A DNA stretch of 63,991 nucleotides, the filler included, from Asterionella formosa (taxonomy: Eukaryota), in assembly GCA_002256025.1 (NCBI GenBank). It is 5 parts of 5 records of this genome, joined end to end, with 100 filler letters (N's around TTAATTAATTAA, not from the genome) between each part and the next. Parts side by side here need not be neighbours in the genome. Positions count along the whole stretch, not along the records: positions 1 to 12,796 come from NKIB01007179.1; 4 more parts are not named here. One strand, 5' to 3'. Numbering within the stretch: position 1 is the stretch's first letter; each line of letters starts with the position of its first letter. Shown piece after piece: positions 1 through 12,169 of this stretch. The position numbers were made by a program, and so were the translations under genes. Below the pieces are notes generated by a model. It worked only from the letters and a program-made list of their open reading frames with translations. It made no database searches and was not told the DNA's origin.

Positions 1-759
1 TGGGGGGTAGAGGGGATTCACATGATTGTGACGACATTCCCGGCTCAAAATCTTGCACCGAAATAGGTACTGACAAGGTTTCAAATGACCATATGTTTGG
101 CGGATACTATGGGCATCCTTAGTGCTTGTCCCTTCCATTGCTATGAACATTAATAGAGTTGTTACTAAAAAGTGTGAATGGCAGTGTATCTAATTAATAC
201 ACCATCAATGAATGAACAGGCAAGGTTGCCTAGAGGTCAGGATGCGAATTCACTTGCTGATGGGTCTAATATTAATACACATGCTATCTAGAAATAGATG
301 TTTCAAATGCTACAAAAATATTCAGGACACTTAGCTATAGAAAGTACTTTGCCATATGTACTGTACATAGTTCGCTGCATTCAGTATTCGCTGGCTGTTG
401 TTTTCATTGATTTGGAATCAAACTTTCTTGACACTTGTTGCGATTCAAGACCTTAGCGACCGTAACTGATTTAAAAACTGGGCACCAACAGGCTTAGTGG
501 CAGGCAACAGTTTCTCACTCGCCATACCATGATCACCCAGGGAACCAACGTATAAATTAAATGTTTTCAATAAGAGGGAAAAATCCCCGAAGGCTCTTTT
601 CCAACCAGACATGAGTTTGTTTATGTCAACGTAATCTCCAGAGTTCAATGAATCGAGCATGCTTGCCACACCGGACCAGGCGTACAAGTATCGAATAGGC
701 TTTTGATTGGGTACCTACACTGTTCATCACAAACTCAAATAGTGAGCAGATCGGAGAAG

Positions 760-841
760 ATGAAATAAAATGAAATCAGATCAGATGAAATGAGATCAGA
801 TCAGATGAGATCAGATGAAATCAGATCAGATCTGATCTCAC
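760..841. repeat. Pentanucleotide microsatellite (TGAAA/TCAGA/TGAGA)n
   Basis: About 16 consecutive 5-mers: atgaaataaaatgaaatcagatcagatgaaatgagatcagatcagatgagatcag... Confidence 0.85.
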
Positions 842-1479
842 GAAATAATCGTCTCGTAATAAAAATCATCCAATGTTCCAACTTTGAATTACATATTTGT
901 TGAACAGTTGTTGATAGGAGGCACAGGCCTTGGACACTTTGCTACCCGATGATGGAAATATAATGGAACCATTTTGATACAGACAATGGACAGTGGATTG
1001 TGTGGACACAAAATATCGAGAACTCTCATGGAAGCTTTTTTGCAGAGCTGATGTGACCGCACGCTCGCGTATTCGACTTTGGTATACTACAAGGTACCGG
1101 TGGCATCAGAGCAGCTTCTGTCAAGTCGACAGGACTGATAAGATGCTATCTAAAGACGAATTGGCCTGTTAGTGCCCTGCTGTAAAGGTCCAACAAGTTT
1201 TGACTAGAGGCCATTCCAGCAGTACTTTTTACAAGGTTAGTATGTATCTACGTAGATGGTACAACCACGTTGTACCAGTACCCATCAAGTACTATGGATA
1301 TCTGATTCATCAGTTGGTGCGGTAAGCGGTAAGTCACAAACTCCCCAGAGAACCCGAGCAATCTTGTTCCCGTATTTATCACTCCTCTTGAATCAATAAT
1401 CCAATACGGTTGTTTGATTGACCATAATAGAATAATACTTGCATAGAATATGCAAATCCCTAATCCCTATCCATGCATC

Positions 1480-3132
1480 ACCCAGTGCACCTCCAACTCA
1501 AGTTGCCCGGCCTTCCGGCGATGCCCTTGAATATCAGTTACCCTGGAACCACTCATCTTTGTTGCCTCTGTATGCTCTTCAGCTAGCTCATAATTGATCT
1601 CAGCACACATTTCAATGATGTCATGTGTTGCGTCAAGTGGATCAAAGTCGAACTGAACATCATCGGTGTTGGATGGTGGATTTCTTGATTTCTTGTTGTC
1701 TACTTCTGTTGTAGTGCATTGCTCCTCTTCCCCCCCCCTGCTCCTCTAGACCCTTTGATGTTTCAATGATCTGAGGAGTAGGAGCAAAATGAACTAGACG
1801 AATAGGATCGTGATCCTCTGGTTCATCTAGTAGAGGTTCAGGAATAGGACTGGTGGGAGCGTTCCTTTTGCGTTTACGATCCTTCATTTTTGTTATTCTG
1901 GACTTGAGTGTAAGGTCACCATAAGGTACCTCATCACTGTAAGGCTCAGCTGAAGTTTCCTTTTGTGGTCGAACAACATTACGAATGAGTTCAACACCTT
2001 TTTCCCAATTACCATCAGGACATGTCCAAATGCGATAAGTGAATGCATCTCCATGGTTCCATGCGATACCAACAAACCTTCCTAGAAGAAAGTTTGGGTT
2101 GGGGTACTACTTGGCTGTTGGCTCATAATAATAGATTGCTTTCCAGAAGGAAAATCGAAACACAAAAATGTCTGGAGTTCTTCCGTCAAGTCTCTCAATG
2201 GGAGTCCTCCAATCCAGTCCCTTATGTGCTGAATGATTTAGGCAATCAAAAACCCACATCATGCAATAGCACCAGAACGTCAGTGGAGCTTTTGCCAAGC
2301 GTAGAGATAAAATAGTTCGAGATTTAATGTCCCAGATCTTGAGCTCTGCCTGGTTCTGGTTTTGGTTGTGTGGGACAGAATGGATTTTTTTTGTGATGTT
2401 TTCCCGGCTTGTTTTAGTCGACAATGTGCCAGACTGAGTTTGAGAGTTATCAGTCAACAAAATGTTGGGAGCTCCAAACTCACGTACAAAATCCTGGTAT
2501 GCTCCATGTGACTGTGCCTCTCTAAACATACAACGTGCAAACAGAAATTGCAATGGAATATGAATGAAGAGTTGCACACATGAGTAGTTCCGGATAGACT
2601 TGATAGATGAGAAAAACATATCCGAATCTGTCCTGCCATTGAGTCGATTAGGATGAAGAGGAATTAGACGCTTCTTTCGATGCTGTCTGGGTGCTTCTCT
2701 ATTCTCCATTTCAACTGTTTGGGTGCAGAGCTGTGTTGTTGCTTCGAGTGTCTTCTTGATTACAATCTCAGTTGAATTTCCAAGACGTTGCTCCCATAGA
2801 GTTGGCTCCTCTTCAACAATGCTTCCGCGTCCCCTCCTAGATGACTGCTTCAACAACTCAGATGAGCTGTTGGGAATTCGTGGTGTCAACCAATGAATTG
2901 TGTGGGAGTTTGCTTCTTCGATTGTAGGTAGACGAACATTGAATGTAAGAAGTTTTTCATCATCAGTGAACAATAGTTTAATCTGAATGTCGTCAACCTC
3001 AATGCATTGCAAACCGCCATCCCGTTCAGAAATGTCATGAACAATAACATTATTACGCCTCATCACATGAGTATTGATCAGCGCCTCTGTTTGTTCTGGT
3101 CTTTCATCAAAGGCTGCTCCCCCCAACCCAAG
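1480..3132 (-). mobile_element. Degenerate Ty1/copia (diatom CoDi-like) pol fragment: pre-integrase and integrase core
   Basis: ORF 2107-3126 has DSDMFFSSIKSIRNYSCVQLF, FVREFGAPNILLTDNSQ, HSVPHNQNQNQAE and RTPIERLDGRTPDI. After a TAG at 2107-2109 the frame continues YP..LGRFVGIAWNHGDAFTYRIW, and later reads DIQGHRRKAGQLELEVHW. No RT or LTR seen. Confidence 0.85.
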
Positions 3133-3884
3133 GGATCATCTATGAACGTGGCATTGGAGAAGACATAGCCAAAGACTATGTGAAGGCACGACACTTTTAC
3201 CAAGATTCAAAACGAGCTTCCATTCTAAATCAAGAACTGACGCAACGCCATTCTACAGAAGGTGTATGGGTTCCAGAGATTAAGATGATCACTGGGTTCC
3301 TTCGTATTGATAGCATCCATTTGGAAGAAGATATAGTACAGCAGGTTTCGGGAATGCATTATTCTTGGATCATTCTAGGCCATTCTTTCCTATTTGGTAC
3401 TGCGGCATCCTTTGCAAGCAATGATTATCCTCAGCACTACTCACCACTACTTTTTCTCCTTCCCATTCTGGGCATTGTCCTGGCAGGTTATTCAATTTTT
3501 GATACCTTAATGGCTTGTGATGTAATAGAAAGAAACCAAAATCAGGTGGAAAAAATGCTAACATCAAAATTTGATGCATACAATGAAATCATTTCATTCA
3601 TTAAAATGATTAAAATGAAAAAAAGACCTGAAATACTGGATGACGAAACAAAGAAGGAGGAAGATACATCTAAACTTGAACAAAGGGATATCAATGTCAG
3701 ATCTAGGAACCATCGTAGATTGGCAGTGTCTCTCATATGGATCTCAGTTTTATTACTTTTGATATGGCTCCTTCTTCTACTCAATGAGTCAGTTTCTTTT
3801 TGGTATAGGTGCAGCTTATGGTGGTATACTGCTTGCATGTCATGCAAGCACTCCAATAACTTATGTTTGGCAGATAATTTTTGA
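3132..3884 (+). CDS. 5'-truncated SEL1-like-repeat membrane protein (about 3 hydrophobic segments)
   Basis: The frame of ORF 3180-3884 is open back to 3132 and reads GIIYERGIGEDIAKDYVKARHFYQDSK (SEL1 consensus LGxxYxxGxGVxKDxxKAxxWY). Hydrophobic stretches: WIILGHSFLFGTAA, LLFLLPILGIVLAGYSIF, LAVSLIWISVLLLLIWLLLLL. Confidence 0.6.
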   Translation, partial: GIIYERGIGEDIAKDYVKARHFYQDSKRASILNQELTQRHSTEGVWVPEIKMITGFLRIDSIHLEEDIVQQVSGMHYSWIILGHSFLFGTAASFASNDYPQHYSPLLFLLPILGIVLAGYSIFDTLMACDVIERNQNQVEKMLTSKFDAYNEIISFIKMIKMKKRPEILDDETKKEEDTSKLEQRDINVRSRNHRRLAVSLIWISVLLLLIWLLLLLNESVSFWYRCSLWWYTACMSCKHSNNLCLADNF

Positions 3885-4030
3885 TCAAGTAAAGAGTAAT
3901 TTGTCTGTCCATGCAAGCACTCCAATAACTTATGTCCCAAAAAGAGTTGTGATCAAGTATATGCAGGCACTCCAATAACTCATGTCCAGAAGAAAATTTG
4001 TGATCAAGTAAAGAGTAATTTGTCTGTCAT
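3836..4030 (+). repeat. Three imperfect tandem copies (50-70 bp) of ATGCAAGCACTCCAATAACTTATGT...TGATCAAGTA
   Basis: Copies start at about 3842, 3911 and 3961. The first overlaps the stop codon of the upstream ORF. Confidence 0.8.
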
Positions 4031-4140
4031 TGCTTTGTGTTTCTACTGATTTTCACAATTACTTCCTCGGCTTTTCGGTGTCAAAATGGCCCTGGAGAAA
4101 AAAGATAGAAATTTTCTATTCAATTCAGTAGTCGAAAAAA

Positions 4141-4400
4141 CCGATTACAAAGTGTTATAGTCACAAGATCATTTTTGTATTCTATCCCCTAATGCAACCA
4201 ACTCACATCAATTGTCCTATTTACCAAATGATTTTTCTATTCTATCGCCTATTGAAGAAGACTGTTACCAATTGTCGTGTTCGCGATATCATTTTTGTAC
4301 TGTATGGCATACTGAAACGGAAGATCAGCAATTATCGTATTCCCCTGATGATTTCTATATTCTATCGCCTACTGACAACAAGGTTCAACGATTATCATAA
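4141..4400 (+). repeat. Diverged 60-bp tandem repeat, about 4.3 units
   Basis: CAATT(G/A)TC recurs at 4209/4269/4329 (CGATTATC at 4389), and an ATTT(T/C)TNTA(T/C)T..AT..C.TA.TG block recurs every 60 bp from 4171. Confidence 0.7.
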
Positions 4401-5746
4401 CCACAGTGACAAGAAATGATGAAGATCACAAAACAACTAAAGGTACCAGATACAATATCATGTACGGAAAGACCAATACAACAACATTAATTTAAATTCA
4501 TACACATAATAAACAAATTAAACTTGATATATACATTGATATCCTTCAAAGATAACTGGAACCTAAAATAACGAAACTACCGGTACCAGGTACAGCAAAT
4601 AAGACGACATCAGACAATCAAATACATGGTTTACATACAATACATTGGTCAAAACAGCAAGTACCGCAACAAAAATAATATATTACCTCGCACATACCGG
4701 TATTACATGGCAAAAATCCCAGTGCAAACTACCGATAACATGAGAATACCCGTAAAAACTTAAGAAAAAAAAATCAAATACTTCATTGTATACGTCTGTA
4801 TACATGTGTATATAAAGCTGGTTCAAAAAATATATATGTATACATAAATAAATTTTTCCATAAAGCATTTTCAAAAACAAACTGCCAGTGGAATGTACAG
4901 ATACATAGACATAATACGTACATTATTCCGACCATAATTTCAAATTTCGTACCAGGTCAAAATACGGGACTGCAAGTATACTGAAAATCAGGCTCTCTTT
5001 TCTGTCCACGGAGTAAATACTACCTGATAGAACAACGAGGTACGACAACCAATACGGCCAATTTTACTCCGTGCCTGTGACTAAACAGGTGTCCTGCTAC
5101 CAGATCCCAGGTACCAGGAACTAACCAATTACACGTATGTACAGCAATATAGAAAGAATCATTTTAGTATACCGATCGTCATTTCAAATCAGCACAGGTC
5201 ACCATTACAAATCTACAAAGGTGCAAGATACAAATACATTATACTGTACAGTAAAGTGTAAGCATTGTCGTACAACCATTATCATTGACATTAAAAACAA
5301 ACACACCATGACGATCACACCGTCCATTGTTTCTCATTCAATTCTTGTCCAATTGGCACAGTCTTTAATCGATTCAGTGAACCCACCCTCATCTTCAAAT
5401 ATGACATGAAGATCTTCTTCATACCGACAGCAAATACATTTTTCAAACCATGACATCGATGTACCATCATGCCGCAACTGTTGCCATACCCATGGAATTG
5501 CTAAACTCCACCTAAAAGTAACAACAAATATTGGCACTTCACCATGTCAGTCGGACGCACCCGCGAATGCGAAATTTTATATATATGACATGCATAACAT
5601 AATAATAATGTATAACATTTTTACATGGCCATCACTCTGGTAAGTACAACACAGTGCACTTCTACATATTGATACCAAAAGACAAACAACCGGTACTAAC
5701 ACATTCATTCTCATACCAGTTTCCATCTATAGGATTAGTCATACTG

Positions 5747-5836
5747 TGTGCTACAGTTACATGCCCAGCCCTAGAAGGGCTGGATGCTCTATAGGGATGA
5801 CACCTAGAGGCGTTGTCCCTTTGTCCTAACCCTAAC
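5747..5836 (-). mobile_element. Short structured repeat, probably the 3' end of a 5'-truncated non-LTR retrotransposon (copy A)
   Basis: Homologous to 58484-58564. Hairpin CCAGCCCT-AGA-AGGGCTGG at 5765-5783. It begins exactly where the ARM repeat array breaks off. Confidence 0.5.
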
Positions 5837-8306
5837 CGTGCATTTGCACCTTACCTTCAGATGAATGAGTCTTCATTCCCTTCAGAATTGTATTGATACC
5901 TCCCTCTGCGGCAATCTTCACCCTGTTGTTGGCATTCAAAGCTAAGTTCCAAAGTGCTGCACAACCATATTCTTGCACCTTAGCATCAGAGGAATGAGTC
6001 TTCATTCCCTTCAGAATTGTTGTGATACCTCCCTCTTCAGCAATCTTCACCCTGTTTTGGTCATTCAAAGCCAAGTTCCGAAGTGCTCCAAAACCGTGCA
6101 CTTGCACATTAGAATCAGAGGAATGAGTCTTCATTCCCTTCAGAATTGTAGTGATACCTCCCTCTGCGGCAATCTTCACCCTGTTGTTGTCATTCAAAGC
6201 CAAGTTCCAAAGTGCTCCACAACCATATTCTTGGACGTTTTCATCAGAGGAATGAGTCTTCATTCCCTTCAGAATTGTAGTGATACCTTCCTCTGCAGCA
6301 ATCTTCACCCTGTTGTTGTCATTCAAAGCCAAGTTCCCAAGTGCTGCACAACCATAATATTGTACCTTAGTATTGAAGGAATGAGCCTTTATCGCAGACA
6401 GGATTGTAGTGATACCTCCTTCTTTAGCAATGGTCTCCTTGTTGTTGTCATTCACAGCCAAGTTACAAAATGCTTCACAACCATAGTGTTGTACCTTAGC
6501 ATTAAAGGAATGAGTCTTCATCGCAGACAGGATTGTAGTGATACCTCCTTCTTTGGCAATCTTCACCTTGTTGTTCTCATTCAAAGCCAAGTTCTCAAGC
6601 TGGAAGAGACCTTCTTCTTGAATGTCAGCATTCATCTCATTCATTTTCATCTTTAAAAGAATTGCAGCAATTGGAGACAAATTTGAAGAGTCAGTCAGCT
6701 GAGGCATTGGAGTCATTGAAGCAGTAGACCCTTTGTCTCGCAAAGTCTTCCAAACTCCAAACACTCTCATTTTGCAAAGCTGAATGCCTCGATGATAAGG
6801 AGAGAGTTCATTCCTAATGGGCTGAACTTGCACAGCATGCTGATGGTGGGCAGGAGTGTGAACAGATGGAACTTTGGTAGAGGGGTATGAAGCATGGTTC
6901 AACTGTTTGACAGAATTTTCCAATTCTGTTCCTGTTTTCCCGTCAGATAATTGTGGTAGAGTTGTGACAGCTACTGGTGGTTTGCGGTTCTTACTTGAAA
7001 CAAGTTTTTGAATATCGTTGATTAACTTATGACCAATTGAATTACCCTTGAGATCAAGCATAGTCAAGAAAGTAGTAACCTTGAGAGCCTCTGCAATGGT
7101 CTTGGCACCCTCATCACCAATTGCATTATGTCCAAGATCAAGTTTAGTCAAGAAATTATTAACCTTGAGAGCCTCTGCAATTGTCTTGGCACCCTCATCA
7201 CCAATTGCATTAAGTCCAAGATCAAGAGTAGTCAAACCTTTATTGACCATGAGGGCCTCTGCAATAGTCTTGGCACCCTCATCACCAATTGCATTATGTC
7301 CAAGACTAAGTTTAGTCAAGACTTTATTGACTGTGAGGGCCTATGCAATAGTCTTGGCACCCTCATCACCAATTTCATTACCATTTAGATCAAGTTTAGT
7401 CAAGAAAGTATTAACCTTGAGAGCCTCTGCAATGGTTGTGGCACCCTCACAACCAATTGCATTATGTCCAAGATCAAGTGTAGTCAAGACTTTATTGACC
7501 ATGAGGGCCTCTGCAATGGTCTTTGCGCAATCAACACCAATTGAATTACCATGAAGATTAAGTGTAGTCAAGACTTTATTGATCTTGAGGGCCTCTGTAA
7601 TGGCATTTGCGCCTTCAACACCAATTGAATTACCATGAAGATTAAGTGTAGTCAAGACTTTATTGATCTTGAGGGCCTCTGATATGGCATTTGCGCCTTC
7701 AACACCAATTGAATTACAATTGAGATCAAGTGTAGTCAAGAAAGTATTGCGCTTGATTGCCTCTGCAATGTCCTTGGCACCATAAACACCAATGGAATTA
7801 TTGAAGAGATCAAGTTTAGTCAATTTTTCATTGACCTTGAGAGCCTTTGAAATGGCAATGGCACCATCATCACCAATCATATTAGCATCAAGAAAAAGTG
7901 TAGTCAAGACTTTATTGACTGTGAGGGCCTCTGCAATTGCCTTGGCGCCATCAATACCAATTGAGTTATGACGGAGATTAAGTGTAGCCAAGACTTTATT
8001 GACCTTCAGGGCATTTGCAATGGCCACGGCACCACCAACACCAATTGAATTCTTGTCGAGATCAAGTATCGTCAAATTTTCATTGACCTTGAGAGCCTCT
8101 GCAATTGCCTTGGCGCCATCAACACCAATTGAGTTATGACGGAGATTAAGTGTAGCCAAGACTTTATTGACCTTGAGGGCATTTGCAACAGCCTTTGCGC
8201 CGTGAACACCAATTGAGCTACGATTGAGATCAAGTGTAGTCAAACTTGGATCATTATTTTTCAATCGTGTGACAAAATTTTCAAATAATCTGGATAATGG
8301 TTCCAT
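5832..8306 (-). pseudogene. RNI-like/NLRC3-type LRR protein (about 15 x 28 aa) fused to about 6 armadillo repeats (43 aa); one in-frame TAG, 3' end truncated
   Basis: ORFs 7341-8312 and 5832-7319 share one frame and are separated by a TAG at 7341-7343, where sister repeats have GAG (TIA*AL vs TIAEAL). LRR unit LTxLDLxxNxIGDEGAKxIAEALKVN; ARM unit VQxYGCxALxNLALNDNNRVKIAxEGGITTILKGMKTHSSD. ATG at 8306. Confidence 0.88.
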
Positions 8307-9488
8307 TGTCAATGTCGTCTTGAATGTAATGGAAGTTGTCTATTGTTTATTCGAGAGACGTCTTGAATGTAATAGAAAGTGTCTATTTTTTATTCGAGCA
8401 ACATATTCTTTGGTTCTTGTCCGAGAGAAAAGTGTTTTGTGTTAAAACTCGTTGATTTCTCGTCGTCGTGATTGAAAAGTAATTCTCGAGTCCTTCTGCC
8501 AAAATTGTTTCTCTACTACTTGTCATAGAATTCTACGTAAAAGATGCAACTCATTCCTCATGCATAATCCCGTGGAGTTCTGGGAAAGTCCGAATATTGC
8601 GAATATTTGTCCGTAACTATATGCCGTAAAACCTGGTGTCTCGTACCCCTCAATGTACGCAGCCACTACTGATTTTACTTAGAGGGGAGTAGAAGACATC
8701 GGACCTTTTTTGATAATCCAACACTGCGAGCAAACCAACTTCACCACCGTTTTCTGCGTAGTCTAAAACGTAAATAGCAATATTAAAAGATATATACCGG
8801 TAGTTGTCGGTTCAAAGAGTTTCTATGATCAATACAATTTCTATTTTTGGTGCAGCAGGTGTCTGTACCCATTTGTACCTAATCCTACAACTGTATTAAC
8901 TTGTGTAGACTCTACAACTTGGATCGTGATGGAAATTAATATAAGCCAACCACATCACTTATATGATTATTCGACCAGAATCATGACATGCACGAAATAT
9001 TTCTGAATCATGAGGCAGCAGACGAAATGATTCTGTGAACACTTCCGGCAAGCCGACAACATCAAGGCCAGAACTGCCTGAGCCTTTAGCATTCAGGTTG
9101 ATAATCGCTCCACAACAAGCATGCAAGTTGCAGCTTCGACTTTTGAAATAGATCTCAGGACAACGATATCGCCATCGCAAATGTCATTGGCATCGCTCGT
9201 GTTGTTCTTGATTGCTGTTTCATGGTGACCGGGAAGAATACAATTATAGTAAATTCATTAATAAATAGCGAGAATACAATAATATGCTGTTATTTTTTCT
9301 GTAGACATAAATATTTGGGAGTGTTGTGCCAGATGTACGACGAGGGGTGCAGGTATCAGGGGGGATGGATACAAGACACCAGGTTTTACAAGTATTAGTA
9401 TTTGTTGAATATATGAGCTAATTAATCTTATGTACAACTTGATTCCCAAGTTGACATCAGAGTTTACAATAGGTGTTAGTCAAGTTCT

Positions 9489-9573
9489 GCAAGTTGTGGT
9501 AATTTCGCTGAACTAAGGTTTTAGCTGTTTTTATCCTATATCGAACTGTTTATTTAAGCAAAATGACAGCATC
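9489..9573 (+). mobile_element. Copy of a ~90-bp MITE-like family
   Basis: Reverse-complement match to 10241-10327 and 10380-10465; same-strand match to 22788-22877. Confidence 0.7.
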
Positions 9574-9735
9574 GCGTTGTTTTACCTTCAACCTGCGGTC
9601 ATTTTCCTGAAACAGACAACGTGTTACCGTACAGCAACATATTCTATAACGTGTAAAGAAAATCTTCTATTCATAGCACGATTCAGCAAAATAAATAGCG
9701 GAATTCTTCTAATTGCAAAAATGAGAACACCCCGC

Positions 9736-9910
9736 ATATGACTTTAACATTCAGGAAGCATTATGACTTTCAGGAAAATCCTATAAATTTCAGGAAATCA
9801 CTATGACTTTCAGGAAATGCCTATGACTTTCAGGAAAACTTTAGGAAACTTCGGGAAATGTAAGGAAATGCGTAAGGAAATTTCAGGAAATACATGGAAT
9901 TTCCTAAAGT
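9736..9910 (+). repeat. Cluster of short (10-20 bp) repeats with core TTTCAGGAAA / TATGACTTTCAGGAAA
   Basis: At least 9 copies of (C/T)AGGAAA variants within 175 bp. Confidence 0.75.
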
Positions 9911-10234
9911 CCCAAAATTAGTCATTTCTGGCCAAAGTGAAAAACCGTATATCCTTCGTTCTGGATTTAAAGTACCGTACAAGATTCCCTGCTGGTAATA
10001 GTTAGGATAATTTTTGAAATACCGGTAGTGGTGTTACTAACTATTATATATATACCGGTATATGTAGTCTTGACTTTTTCCAGCAAACAAAAGAAGAACC
10101 ATCATCGGAAGGAACTCACAAGCAGAACGATGAAGGACCATTGTTGTTGCAATGATATTACGTGCAAGGAAATGCCGGGTGGAAGCAAAATGTTGTGAAT
10201 CACAAAATAGAATTGTACTTGGAGTACCACGCAC

Positions 10235-10504
10235 TGTATCTGATGCGGTCATTTTGCTTCAATAAACAATTTAATATAGGATAAAGAGAGCTAAATCCTT
10301 AGTTCAGCAAAGTTACTGCAACTTGCTGGTACCAGTAACGAACTGCTGTGACCCACTGAGTTCTCATACGCCTTGTATCTGATGCGGTCATTTGCTTCAA
10401 AAAACAATTTAATATAGGATAAAGAGAGCTAAATCCTTAGTTCAGCAAAGTTACCGCAACTTGCTGGTACCAGTAAAAGAACTGCTGTGACCCACTGAGT
10501 TCTC
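10235..10504 (+). repeat. Tandem duplication of about 131 bp containing the MITE-like unit
   Basis: 10235-10365 and 10374-10504 are near-identical (tgtatctgatgcggtcatt...gacccactgagttctc). Confidence 0.9.
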
Positions 10505-11139
10505 CTATTCATTTGATTAGTTCAATTAATCCTATTCCATGCCTTGCGAGAATCAAACTTCCAGGTCTTGTTAACCAAAAAAGTCAGCAGGTTGTGGATC
10601 TGTAGATATTCTCATTGAAGGTCGAGGTGAGGCGGCTCACACAGTAATCCTACGGAAAGCTACCATACTAACACTGCTAACCCTGTGCCTGCTCCACATG
10701 CCTGTATGTTAAATACATGGGGTCATAATACTCATCCATCTGGTTGGGGTACAGTGCCAAGTGCTGATCCTACCGAGAATACATCTGCCCAGGAAATTTA
10801 AGTGGTCACGAACCCTCCTGCTGGTCAGATGGTGACTTTTGTCCTTACTACACAACAGCAGATTGCTCATCGCAATTACAGAGGTATGTGCGATAATAGC
10901 GATGCTATTTTTAACCACTCATTGAGAATATCTCACGTTAGTAGTCATCACCTGGATAACATTGTTTATTAACAGGTTGAATACACTATGGATACCGCTG
11001 TTGCTGTAACACGGGACATATATAAATGCATTGATGCTGGACATGATGTTCCACATGTATATCAGGGCCCAATTCCGGTTTCCTGTTTACTTCTAAGGAT
11101 TTATTAACGTCAATTGATCTGATTCCGATGTCTCTTTTA

Positions 11140-12165
11140 GCCCCACGATTGGTGGATGCTATGCCTATGCATATAATACTACGAGTATTATTTGATAGTG
11201 GAGAAACGGGTTAGTATACCTCAAGGTATTCCTTTGTCTAACAAGACTTCCCAATTAATACATACCATATCTGGTACTTATTCATTTCATGACAGTGTTT
11301 TCTAATGACCTGATTCTACCTGAATTTAATCAATCTGCTCATGTTTTACAACAAAAGTGTCAAGTTTTTAATGGTCTATGCACATTTGATGCTATTTCAG
11401 GACGTGATTTCCTCCGTCAAGTTGGTTTGACCATTGATTTCGTAAATAACACCATGTCCTGTATGGATATGATTGTTCCTATGCATCCTCTCACATTCTT
11501 TGATGATGGAGAACGGTTACGTGATGTATTATTGTATTTTGATGCACCTATGATTGTGGAACCTTCATATGCGCTGGAAATTTAAGCTGCTGAATATAAT
11601 TACGTGAATATTGATACAGTGGTTGATAAACAGATGCATAATGGGTGTCTCCAACATTTATTATTCCAAAAAAGGATGGAAGTGTCCGATGGGCGTCAGA
11701 TTTTCGTGAACTCAATAAAGTCATCAATCGCAATATATACCCTTTGCTATTCTCACTAAACGTGCTGGATATGTATTTTTCACTAAATTGGATGTTTCTA
11801 CTATGCAATACTATACCTTCGCATTGGATGTGGAGAGTCAAGATTTGTGCGTTATTTCCACTCCATTTGGTTTGTATAGATATTTATGTCTCCCTATGGG
11901 GGTGAAATAATCATCTGATATTGCACAAGAAACTATGGAACAGATTCTTAGTGATTTAGATGATGTGGAAATTTATATTGATGATGTGGGTTGTTTTTCA
12001 ATGAATTTTTCGGATCACCTTCATTTACTGGACACTATTTTACATCGTTTACAGGCAAATGGTTTTACAATTAATCCATCTAAGTATAAATGCGCAGTCC
12101 AAGAGACAGATTGGTTAGGCTATTGGTTAACTCCTACTGGACTGAAACCTTGGTCTAAAAAGTTC
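11140..12165 (+). mobile_element. Degenerate Ty3/gypsy pol fragment (aspartic protease and reverse transcriptase)
   Basis: LRVLFDSG at 11179-11202, [41 protein letters not shown] at 11974-11985, QETDWLGYWLTPTGLKPW. Contains frameshifts and stops. Confidence 0.9.
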
Positions 12166-12169
12166 CGAG

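Noticed and set aside
5825..5837. Telomere (CCCTAA)n
   Set aside because: Only two units, internal to the scaffold. Treated as part of the adjacent repeat.
7341..7343. Stop-codon reassignment (TAG = Glu)
   Set aside because: Single instance. Other genes use TAG as a terminator (e.g. 5832, 34236, 44908) and the long host ORFs have no internal TAG.
5973..7554. Plus-strand repetitive ORFs (227, 168 and 86 aa)
   Set aside because: Antisense shadows of the LRR/ARM repeats.
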